Positions 1-7,929 of a stretch of DNA of 64,000 bases are shown here, in pieces. Each line of letters begins with the position of its first letter. The first letter of the stretch is position 1. The position numbers and the translations under genes were made by a program. The stretch spans positions 256,001-320,000 of the forward strand of contig JBEPYN010000001.1 of assembly GCA_041641305.1 (NCBI GenBank), written 5' to 3'. The stretch comes from Nitrososphaerota archaeon. Its GTDB lineage: Archaea > Thermoproteota > Nitrososphaeria_A > Caldarchaeales > Caldarchaeaceae. Below the pieces are notes generated by a model that ran no database searches, was not told where the DNA came from, and worked only from the letters and a program-made list of their open reading frames with translations.

Positions 1-397
1 CTATCAGCACGAAAACCAGTAGAACACCTATCTCGCTCCTGTAAATTACCCAGTACTCGCTGAATGGTAGGAAGGCGAAGAGGAGGGCTGATAGGAAAAG
101 TGCTGTGAGCGGCATGGAGACGAACAGCTTTTTCTTAGCCCGTGCAGGGATGATAAACTCTTTTGAAAGGAATTTGACTGCGTCGGCGATTACCTGCAGC
201 CATCCGCCGTACTTGCCAACGTGCAGTGGCCCGGGGCGGAGCATAATTCGTGCCAGAAGCTTTCTCTCATACCAGACGGATAATATTCCCAATACCGCTA
301 CGAAGGTTGCTCCCGGGAAAACAGCGGCCTTGACGAAGCTCTCGCTAGCCAGAAACCTGACCAGCTCCTGTAATGGTGGAGGTAGGGCGACAACCAT
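1..397 (-). CDS. nuoH: NADH-quinone oxidoreductase subunit H (5' part; runs off the window)
   Basis: Manual translation from ATG 397: MVVALPPP...WYERKLLARIMLRPGPLHVGKYGGWLQVIADAVKFLSKE, the NuoH ERK..AR..R.GP..G..G.LQ..AD..K signature; directly downstream of nuoA. Confidence 0.92.
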   Translation of the reverse strand, partial: MVVALPPPLQELVRFLASESFVKAAVFPGATFVAVLGILSVWYERKLLARIMLRPGPLHVGKYGGWLQVIADAVKFLSKEFIIPARAKKKLFVSMPLTALFLSALLFAFLPFSEYWVIYRSEIGVLLVFVLI

Positions 398-401
398 GGC
401 T

Positions 402-776
402 CTACAGCCTCTGCGGCAAATTCTTCAAGGTAACAGCGGCGTAGATCGATGAAACGCTTAGAACAGCTAGCAAAATCACCACGTTAAGGGCGGCTCCGGG
501 GTTGTCGATAACAGCTGCAACCGAGAGAAAAACAGCCAACGCTATGACTGCATAGGCTATGTAGATAATCGCGTAGGGAAAATATTCAACTGGGAATGAT
601 GACTCTGTCCAGCCGAATGGAACCTGGCCACTCTCGAAAGACAGCCTCTTCCTTCTCGTAGACCTTTTGGTGGAAAGTAGCTTAGACCCAATGATGAGGA
701 GAATGGGCAGCAGCGCCGAGACAACCACGTATATGATGAGTGAGAGAGTGTCCGCCATCGGTTTATCGGCGTCCAT
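402..776 (-). CDS. nuoA: NADH-quinone oxidoreductase subunit A
   Basis: 124 aa, three hydrophobic helices, loop K..SFESG..P and F.VEYF.YAIIY; upstream of nuoH. Confidence 0.8.
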   Translation of the reverse strand: MDADKPMADTLSLIIYVVVSALLPILLIIGSKLLSTKRSTRRKRLSFESGQVPFGWTESSFPVEYFPYAIIYIAYAVIALAVFLSVAAVIDNPGAALNVVILLAVLSVSSIYAAVTLKNLPQRL

Positions 777-797
777 GGATTATTTAAACATGCGCGG

Positions 798-2246
798 CTA
801 TATCACAAGTTTCGCCGAGAGGTAATTCTTGAGCTCCTCTATTTTCACTCGCTCCTGTTTCATAGTGTCTCTGTCCCGTACTGTTACCGTGTCATCTTCT
901 ATGGTTTGGTAGTCGACTGTGACGCAGAAGGGTGTGCCTATCTCGTCCTGTCTCCTGTATCTCCTGCCTATGCTTCCTTTTTCGTCGTAGAAAGTGTCAA
1001 AATCCAGCTGCAGCATGGCGTGTACCCGTTGTGCAACCTCTGTTAGCTCAGGTTTGTCGAGTAGGGGGAAAACCGCCACGGTGTAAGGCGCTATATATGG
1101 GTGAAGACGAAGAACAGTTCTACCATTTTCCTCAACATATCCAAGCTCAAGTAATGCGAGAAGGCTTCTGTCAACACCCATAGAAAGCTCAAAGACATGA
1201 GGCAGGAAACTTTCTCCGTCTTCTGTTATACGGAGGTCTACGCCGCTAACTCTCTGATGCCCACCGAGGTCATAGTCGGTTCGGTTGTTGCAGGCGACGA
1301 GCTCCATCCACCCAGTCGAGGTAAGAACCTCGAGGTCCCAAGCCTCGGCTGCATAGAACGCCTTCTCATCATCGCCGAGCCTCCTGAACCTCAACCTATC
1401 GGAGCTTATACCCAAACGGAAGTAAAAGTCCTGCACTAGCCAAAGATAGTAGGCGACGAGCCAGCTCGAAACCAGGCCTTTCTCAACAGCTTGTCTACAT
1501 GTGACTTTTTCGACCCTTTCCCCAACCCACATGTTCAACTCTTTGCCGGCAACTTCTCTGGCTTTCGCGGGGTCGTTGGCTGTTCTTGGGTTGAAGAAAA
1601 CCTCTATCTCAGCCTGTGTAAACTCCCGCAGCCTGACAAGTGATTGACGAGGCGATATCTCGTTGCGAAAGCTTTTCCCGACCTGTGCCAGTGGAAGCGG
1701 TAGCTTCCGTCTCGAAATCTTGTAAATACGTGGAAAATCTATGAATATGTTTTGACATGTTTCGGGCCTAAGATATCCTTCGTCTCCTGATGCTCCCAGC
1801 GAAACACCGAACATCATGTTGAATAGGGATACCTTGTCCAGCTCGCCGCCGCAGGTTGGACAACGGAAACCATGCTCTGCAATAATTTCATCAATTTTCT
1901 CGGGCTGAGTACGTTCAGGAACCTTGATGCCGAGCTTCTCCTCCAGCAGCCTGTCAATTCTATAAACAGCTTTGCATGACCTGCATCTTGTTATTGGGTC
2001 GGCAAAGGTTGCAAGATGCCCAGAGGCAATGAACACTGCTTTGGGGAGAATCTGGGAGCCGTCTAAGAGAAGCATCTCATCCCTGCGAACCATTAGACGA
2101 TGCCAAGCGTCGATGAACTTGCGTTTGAGAAGAGCTCCGAGATGTCCGTATTCCCAGAAGCCGGCTGGAGACCCTGGGTAGATCTCCGCCGATGGAAAGA
2201 AAAACCCGCGCTCGAGACCAAGTTTAACAATTTCCTCGAGGCCCAT
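798..2246 (-). CDS. glyS: Glycine--tRNA ligase (alpha2 type)
   Basis: LRPETCQ, GKSFRNEISPR..L.RLREFTQAEIE, SIGRRYRRQDEIGTPFCVTVD motifs. Confidence 0.97.
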   Translation of the reverse strand: MGLEEIVKLGLERGFFFPSAEIYPGSPAGFWEYGHLGALLKRKFIDAWHRLMVRRDEMLLLDGSQILPKAVFIASGHLATFADPITRCRSCKAVYRIDRLLEEKLGIKVPERTQPEKIDEIIAEHGFRCPTCGGELDKVSLFNMMFGVSLGASGDEGYLRPETCQNIFIDFPRIYKISRRKLPLPLAQVGKSFRNEISPRQSLVRLREFTQAEIEVFFNPRTANDPAKAREVAGKELNMWVGERVEKVTCRQAVEKGLVSSWLVAYYLWLVQDFYFRLGISSDRLRFRRLGDDEKAFYAAEAWDLEVLTSTGWMELVACNNRTDYDLGGHQRVSGVDLRITEDGESFLPHVFELSMGVDRSLLALLELGYVEENGRTVLRLHPYIAPYTVAVFPLLDKPELTEVAQRVHAMLQLDFDTFYDEKGSIGRRYRRQDEIGTPFCVTVDYQTIEDDTVTVRDRDTMKQERVKIEELKNYLSAKLVI

Positions 2247-2257
2247 GTGGGCTCACG

Positions 2258-2950
2258 CTATACAACGGCTCTTCCGCAGTTGGGACATGTTCCGTTTATG
2301 TTTACGTAGGCGTCTAAACACCCCGAGTGAAACACGACGCCGCAGGATGAGCATTTGACAGCGTTTTCAGCCTCCACAGAGGTGTAGCAAATGGGGCAGA
2401 CAATCCCTTCCTCAACATCGCCAGCTACTTCGAAAGAGGTCGTCTCCAAAGACTGGGATGCTCCAGCCGTGGCCCCGCCCACTCCCCCGTAACTCTGATA
2501 AGGTATCTCGACGACCCGCGGCCGTGTCAGTAAAGCCACAATGCCGAGAGCGAGTATCACTACGGCCGAGAAAAGGGCGACGAAGAAACCTATCCCAGGC
2601 TCGCCGGCTACGCTAAGCGCCGGAACTCTGATGAACCCGAGATATAGGGGGGATACTAGGGCCATCCCACCTCCTAGTAGCGATAAGGCCACTAAAATTG
2701 TTCGCACGGACGTGACACGCTGGCTAAAAGATGTCACCAGCAAGGACAAACCAGCCAAAACACCCCCTAAAACGGATAGAAGCAGTGTCTCGGGCAATAT
2801 GTATCCGCTGAGGACAGAGGTGGAGACAGCGTCAGCCCTAACCGTGTACCATGGAAGAAGAAGCGTCAACACATGTACGCTGCCAGCCAAAGCCAGCACC
2901 GACCCTATCTGAAAAAACCGAATAAGCAACCGTCTCTCTGACACAACCAT
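2258..2950 (-). CDS. Four-TM membrane protein with C-terminal C4HC3 RING finger (putative membrane-anchored E3 ligase)
   Basis: Four hydrophobic segments, then CPIC-x11-CSSC-x4-H-x2-C-x10-CPNC. ORF is open to 3022; ATG 2950 preferred because a TTTTATA lies about 30 nt upstream. Confidence 0.8.
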   Translation of the reverse strand: MVVSERRLLIRFFQIGSVLALAGSVHVLTLLLPWYTVRADAVSTSVLSGYILPETLLLSVLGGVLAGLSLLVTSFSQRVTSVRTILVALSLLGGGMALVSPLYLGFIRVPALSVAGEPGIGFFVALFSAVVILALGIVALLTRPRVVEIPYQSYGGVGGATAGASQSLETTSFEVAGDVEEGIVCPICYTSVEAENAVKCSSCGVVFHSGCLDAYVNINGTCPNCGRAVV

Positions 2951-3078
2951 GCCGCTAAAAACCACATGCTCCACCATATAAAAACATGCCCTACGAGAAA
3001 CCCAAAAACTATCCTTGGCCATTCTCCATCTAATACGACCAAGTAGAGTTTATAACCACGTAGACCATCCTGTCACAC

Positions 3079-3912
3079 ATGGGTCTGCTCCCCAGAAAGT
3101 CCGACAGCTTGGCCGACCTCCGGAAAGAGGTGGCGGCCATACGGGTACAGGTTATAGAGAAACTTGAGGAAAGAATAAGTCTGCTCGAGGAGGCTTTGGC
3201 CAAGCTTAAAGAAGATGTCCGCCAGGTTCTTGAACAGGTTTCGTCTCCCCAGAGGACACTTTCATCGCTGCAATCCGTTGTGGAGAAAGCGTATCTACTT
3301 GATCAGGCGCTGGACTCGTACAAGGCTCTTACAGAGGAGGTTCGGTCCCTTAGTGAGAGTCTGCATGAGACGGCCGACCTTATTTCCAACCAACGGTCTG
3401 AACTGTTTAAGGAGACGCAGAGGCTTTTGCAGGAAAGGGAGAGTTTGTCGAGGCTTCGTGAGGAGGTGCTGAAGTGGCGTGAGGAGCTTGAGACCAAGGA
3501 GAAACAGATAGCGGAGGCCCAGGAGACGCTGAAGCAGCTTATCACCAAGAAGGAATCACTAGAGGCTGAGATAAATGTTCTGACGGAACGTTACTTTGCC
3601 GCGTTTGAGGAGGCTCAGAAAAAGCTGGAAAACTTCGGAAGGGAGATGGATAAGCTGTTCAAGTTGCGGGAGATACGGATGGAGAGGATGATACGTAGGG
3701 AGAGAGAGCTTGAGGAGCGTCTCGCCGAGCTGGAGAAAAGCAAGACCGAGGCCGAGGCCCTAATAGAAACATCCAACAAGCTCAGGGAAGAGGTCAAGAA
3801 GCTGGAGTCCCTTAAGGAGTCGCTGGCAAGAGAGATAGCTGATATGGAGAAACGGAGGAAGGAGCTTAACGAACTAATAACAGAGATGAGGCGCGCATTC
3901 CTGACATCATAG
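3079..3912 (+). CDS. Long coiled-coil protein, function unknown
   Basis: 277 aa, E/K/L/R-rich heptad pattern throughout. Confidence 0.8.
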   Translation: MGLLPRKSDSLADLRKEVAAIRVQVIEKLEERISLLEEALAKLKEDVRQVLEQVSSPQRTLSSLQSVVEKAYLLDQALDSYKALTEEVRSLSESLHETADLISNQRSELFKETQRLLQERESLSRLREEVLKWREELETKEKQIAEAQETLKQLITKKESLEAEINVLTERYFAAFEEAQKKLENFGREMDKLFKLREIRMERMIRRERELEERLAELEKSKTEAEALIETSNKLREEVKKLESLKESLAREIADMEKRRKELNELITEMRRAFLTS

Positions 3913-4218
3913 CTTCAGCGCCTTCTTTATCTGGGCAACAGTGGCGGACAGCTCCCCAAGAGCGTTGAGAATCTCTCTAACGTCGTCGCTAAGCACCATC
4001 AGCTGCTCCTCTATGTATTTTAGCCTGCGCTCGAGGCCCTCGGGCACTTGGCTGCTCTCAGGCAGATTTTCCAGTCTCTCCTTCATCTTGTCAATCTCTT
4101 CTATAACCTCTGCGAGGACTTCGGCCAACTGTCGGACACCCTCGAACCTTGCGACCGCTCCTTTAGGCGTCTCCAGGTAATCCAGCTCAATAACTTTCTC
4201 GTTCTCTTCTCCACTCAT
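3907..4218 (-). CDS. Small coiled-coil protein, last gene of the ubiquitin operon
   Basis: 103 aa; starts 1 nt after the RING E3 stop; two heptad-repeat helices. Confidence 0.8.
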   Translation of the reverse strand: MSGEENEKVIELDYLETPKGAVARFEGVRQLAEVLAEVIEEIDKMKERLENLPESSQVPEGLERRLKYIEEQLMVLSDDVREILNALGELSATVAQIKKALKL

Positions 4219-4219
4219 T

Positions 4220-4450
4220 TCACATCTCTACCAACGGCCTTCGGCAAAGCGGGCACGTCTGCCTAACCACGAGCCAGTCATCGAAACAGGCCATGTGGCC
4301 AACTGCTCCACAGTGAGGACACGAATACGTTTTCTCATTCCCCATCTCCAGCCCACATATCACGCAACTCTCCTGCTTAAGCCGTTGCTTCTGCTCCTCA
4401 AACGGGTTCCAGAACCCTGCGTTAATCTCCTTAATTACCAGCCTCAACAA
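4220..4450 (-). CDS. Small RING finger protein (ubiquitin E3, srfp-like)
   Basis: CVIC-x11-CPHC-x4-H-x2-C..W..CPLCRR; overlaps the E1 3' end. Confidence 0.92.
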   Translation of the reverse strand: MLRLVIKEINAGFWNPFEEQKQRLKQESCVICGLEMGNEKTYSCPHCGAVGHMACFDDWLVVRQTCPLCRRPLVEM

Positions 4451-5630
4451 GCCTCACCTTTACAGCAACCGGTGTTGCTCTTCTGCTTGAATGGATATAA
4501 AGTATGTCACCGTCGACTATGCCCGCTGACTCTATCTCCATATCATCGCTTAACAATTTTGCACCATGCTGTAACCTCGTGTCCGGGAACATGAGCAGGT
4601 TAGATAGCCTCTCTCTCAAATCGGCGACAGTCTCGTCTGGCGAGACGTTAACCTGCATAGGCTTATCTTCATCGTAGCCGCATACATGGCAGTTAATGTT
4701 TCTCTCCAGCTTTATCCGCGTAAGCCTTCCCTTCAGCCCGTCGAAAACCATCATCCCGTTCAACGGCCTGCCCAAAGAACCTTTATGCAGTATTCGGACG
4801 ACCTCGAAAGCAGCCAAGCCGGAGACTGTAGCCGATATGCTCTGTAAAGCAGGCATCTTGGGGTTGAGCAGTGAGCGGAGCTGTATAACCTGGTCTCGGA
4901 GACCCTTATCCATTTGGTCTAACACGGTCTGTGGAGCAAACTTAATGTCGTAAACAGTCTTGATATTGTATTTGAAGAGTGCCTCAGCCTCTGAAACTTC
5001 CAGTACTATGCCTCGTTCACTCAGCTCCTTTACGAGGTCGTTTGGGGTGCGGCGGCGTAGAGAGCATTCGGACGCCTGTATGTCGGCGGGAATAAGGGCC
5101 TCTGCGTGGCATTCGAGGCAGCTTGTAACACGAGGTATCACAGTTTGAACATTGCCATAATATCCGTCTGTTGCGACGTCAACAAGCGCAGTTCCAACAT
5201 GCACCGCCATCGAGTTTATCCATCTTCTAGTAGGCCAGTTGTCAACAGCGGAAACTATGACATCAACCTCTCCGAAGGTTTCTTCGGGGATTCTTCGAAC
5301 ATCTGTTTGTAAGCCTTTTACTTTTACGAGAGGGTTCATCATGGATATTTTTTTCTCGGCCGTAGATGCTTTTGGCTGGCCTATGTCTTGGTCGGTGTAG
5401 AGCATCTGGCGGCTGAGGTTGGAGAGCTCAACGTAGTCGTTGTCTATGAGGAGCAGCTCACCCACGCCCATAAGCGATAGGTTTTTCGCCACCTCGCATC
5501 CCAGCGCCCCCACACCCGCGATAACCACCCTCCCCGACAGGAGCCTGCTCTGGTCCCATCCCTCGAGCCTTAGCTGACGGTCGTACCTCGACAGAGCGTC
5601 AACCTCGCCCAAAACTACAAACCCTTCCAA
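4431..5630 (-). CDS. Ubiquitin-activating enzyme E1-like (ThiF family with C-terminal ubiquitin-fold domain)
   Basis: RYDRQ, GVGALG, D.D.VELSNLSRQ, Zn pairs CLEC/CHVC, candidate catalytic Cys in ASECSL, C-terminal beta-grasp (SPDETVADLRERL...GIVDGDILYI). Confidence 0.95.
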   Translation of the reverse strand: MEGFVVLGEVDALSRYDRQLRLEGWDQSRLLSGRVVIAGVGALGCEVAKNLSLMGVGELLLIDNDYVELSNLSRQMLYTDQDIGQPKASTAEKKISMMNPLVKVKGLQTDVRRIPEETFGEVDVIVSAVDNWPTRRWINSMAVHVGTALVDVATDGYYGNVQTVIPRVTSCLECHAEALIPADIQASECSLRRRTPNDLVKELSERGIVLEVSEAEALFKYNIKTVYDIKFAPQTVLDQMDKGLRDQVIQLRSLLNPKMPALQSISATVSGLAAFEVVRILHKGSLGRPLNGMMVFDGLKGRLTRIKLERNINCHVCGYDEDKPMQVNVSPDETVADLRERLSNLLMFPDTRLQHGAKLLSDDMEIESAGIVDGDILYIHSSRRATPVAVKVRLVEAGN

Positions 5631-6121
5631 CGCTTCTTTCCAAAAGCCTGCTCAGGCGTAGCAAATGTTTCAACAAACTGTCTAACACGGGCGTAGAATA
5701 GGTCGGGCCTGTTCTTGTACTCAAATGCTGCGACGGGGTTAAGAGGATCCTCGGGGTTGGGGTTCGTCAGAAGGTTTCTCAGCGACTCGATAACCGCCAC
5801 AATGCGGAGAGAAGGTGACCAATGGTCTTTGAAAATTGATTCACAAACCCTTGCAGGGACGCTGTCCGAGAAATTTGGGTGCCATATACGTGTGTGCCAT
5901 ATAACATCTGGCGGGAAATATGGATAGGACCTCGGAATGATTATTTCTACTCTGAAGTAGCCTCCCTCATATTCGCCTGAGCCAACTATAACGCCTTCGT
6001 AATGGGTTAGGTCGTTTTCAACAGGTGTGAAGGTGGGCTCATTCTCCTGAATCAACGCATACTCGAGAGCCAGCCGCCTGTACCACGCGTTTTCAGGCAG
6101 CTCGACGTATTGGCTCTCCAT
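5615..6121 (-). CDS. Ubiquitin-conjugating enzyme E2
   Basis: YEGG.F, YP..PP, IWHPN...RVC (catalytic Cys), WSP, L..PNPEDPLN. Confidence 0.96.
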   Translation of the reverse strand: MESQYVELPENAWYRRLALEYALIQENEPTFTPVENDLTHYEGVIVGSGEYEGGYFRVEIIIPRSYPYFPPDVIWHTRIWHPNFSDSVPARVCESIFKDHWSPSLRIVAVIESLRNLLTNPNPEDPLNPVAAFEYKNRPDLFYARVRQFVETFATPEQAFGKKRWKGL

Positions 6122-6356
6122 ATCCGCCCACCGTCCTCGTTATGAGTACGAATTTGTCTCCATCGGCTACTCCGAGGCTCTCAAGTGTTTCCGTGTCTTT
6201 GAGAGCTCTTCCTTTATAGGTTAGACGTGTGGTGTCGGGTGGAAGTTTCTTCATGGCGCAAACCTTCGTCCGAACTGCTCCGACGGTGGCGTTTGGAGCA
6301 ACCTCGAGCTCTAAGGGTGAACCTCCTCCGACAGCTGGAACGATCTTAATCTTCAT
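6093..6356 (-). CDS. Ubiquitin-like modifier precursor (GG plus 9-aa propeptide)
   Basis: MKIKIV...TVGAVRTKV...RLTYKGRALKDTETLESLGVADGDKFVLITRTVGG-YGEPIRRAA; TATA box about 30 nt upstream of ATG 6356. Confidence 0.95.
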   Translation of the reverse strand: MKIKIVPAVGGGSPLELEVAPNATVGAVRTKVCAMKKLPPDTTRLTYKGRALKDTETLESLGVADGDKFVLITRTVGGYGEPIRRAA

Positions 6357-6497
6357 TTCTGAACTCCTGATAACCACAGCGTATATAAGGATTAACCAGA
6401 AGTCAAACCTCGAGCCAGCTTACAAAATACCTCGGTAATATTCAATATCGTTTCTTGCAGCGTCATTTTTATTACCGTCCGAGTCATCGGTCTCCCA
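6357..6497. promoter_or_regulatory. Divergent promoter region for the ubiquitin operon and Rpn11
   Basis: CTTATATA on the minus strand at about 6382-6389; TTTTTATTA on the plus strand at about 6466-6474; each about 25-30 nt from a start codon. Confidence 0.55.
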
Positions 6498-7106
6498 ATG
6501 CGTGTGCGTATCTACCCACTGGCCTTGGCGAAGGTTGTAAAGCACGCTGCCTCAAGCCTCAACCGAGAGGTGGCGGGCCTCCTCGTCGGCAAATCGGCTG
6601 GGAAAGTTCTGGAGATATGGGACGCGGTCACAGGTGAGCAATATGGTACCCCTGCTTACGTGCAGCTTGATGAGCTGGTCATGGCTAGGGTTGCGGAAGA
6701 CCTCTCTAAATCGGATAAAAACCTGTACATAGTCGGATGGTATCATTCTCATCCGGGGCTTGATGTTTTTCTATCGCCGACAGACATCGACACGCAGAAA
6801 AGATACCAGGCCATGTACAGCAAGGCCGTCGCGCTCGTGGTGGACCCTGTTGAGTATGCCAAGACACGTAGAATCTCTGCTCTTAAGTTCAAGGTTTTCC
6901 AGATATCGAAAGAGGGGAAGGTTGTTTCTCTTCCTGTAAGCATTGGAGTACACAGAGCTAAGCTTCTTGAAAGCACTCTCCACGCCCTGAGCACTTTTGA
7001 TTTTATACATATCTTCGGAGAGTCTTCCAGTAAGACGAGGGAGAAGCCTTCGTTGGATGAACAGGAGAGTTTGCTGGAAAAAGCTAAAAAGTTATTCGGA
7101 GTGTAG
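6498..7106 (+). CDS. rpn11: Rpn11-like JAMM metalloprotease (deubiquitinase / pro-ubiquitin processing)
   Basis: EVAGLLVG...IVGWYHSHPG...FLSPTDIDTQ..YQ...AVALVVDP. Confidence 0.93.
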   Translation: MRVRIYPLALAKVVKHAASSLNREVAGLLVGKSAGKVLEIWDAVTGEQYGTPAYVQLDELVMARVAEDLSKSDKNLYIVGWYHSHPGLDVFLSPTDIDTQKRYQAMYSKAVALVVDPVEYAKTRRISALKFKVFQISKEGKVVSLPVSIGVHRAKLLESTLHALSTFDFIHIFGESSSKTREKPSLDEQESLLEKAKKLFGV

Positions 7107-7137
7107 AAGAGAATAGCTGGGACGGGGTCGCTGAAGC

Positions 7138-7929
7138 TTGCCGAAAAAAATCGTTCTCCGCATAAAGCCGTCGACGCAGCATCAAGAGACCTCTCCAGAC
7201 ATAGAGATGGTTACTCCTCAACCTTCACAAGAGGAACAACCTGCTAAAGAAGAGAATGTGAAACCTGTTGAGGAGCCTGTTCAACAGCCGGTTGGTGACG
7301 ACCTTGACGCGGCTCTAAAAATGTATGAGGAGCTGATGCGAGAGGTTGAACGGCTGCGCGGTCTCGACCGTAACTTCATGCTTTACTGCATCAAAATGGA
7401 GGAGCTGAGACCTCAGCTGGTGAGAAACATTTTGGGCAGACTTGCCGAGAAAAGGAACGCGTTGCTGGAGAAAAGTGAAGAGGTTTTGGAGAGGCTTAAG
7501 GCGGCGAGAGAAGCCATAGGCTCAGAGTTTGCCCAAGTAGAGGAGGAGCTGATTTGGTCCAGCATCGAGCTAAACACCATGCAGCTTGAGAAGGATACAG
7601 ACTCTGATAAGGGTGTCGGATTAAGGGAGGAGCTTGAGGCAAAGATACCTGAGCTAAGAAAAAAGCTCGCAAGCCTACGAAACAGGTTAAAGATGATTGA
7701 GGAGATGGTGAAACAGCTCTCTGACCTACCGCGCAACATAGCAGACATGACGACAAATAAGGAGGAGCCGGCCAAACTTTTCGAGGAAATCAAGAAAAAA
7801 TACATGCTATCATATGGGCAGCGCGCCGAGGCTGTTGCGAGGGCGGAGGTTGAGAAAATCGCTCAACAGGAGTCGATACCGCGGGAGTATGCTGTTATTA
7901 TTCTCTGGAAAAGCATGTCCAACCGTTAA
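7138..7929 (+). CDS. Coiled-coil protein with low-complexity N-terminal linker, function unknown
   Basis: 263 aa, TTG start 31 nt after rpn11; P/Q/E-rich linker, long helices, small C-terminal helical domain. Confidence 0.75.
   Translation: MPKKIVLRIKPSTQHQETSPDIEMVTPQPSQEEQPAKEENVKPVEEPVQQPVGDDLDAALKMYEELMREVERLRGLDRNFMLYCIKMEELRPQLVRNILGRLAEKRNALLEKSEEVLERLKAAREAIGSEFAQVEEELIWSSIELNTMQLEKDTDSDKGVGLREELEAKIPELRKKLASLRNRLKMIEEMVKQLSDLPRNIADMTTNKEEPAKLFEEIKKKYMLSYGQRAEAVARAEVEKIAQQESIPREYAVIILWKSMSNR

Noticed and set aside
105-452. 115-aa plus-strand ORF
   Set aside because: Antisense to nuoH, which the ORF track missed because it runs off the window
3907-4218. SNARE-like or UIM assignment for the small coiled-coil protein
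   Set aside because: No TM anchor, clear zero layer or UIM consensus; a generic heptad pattern is insufficient
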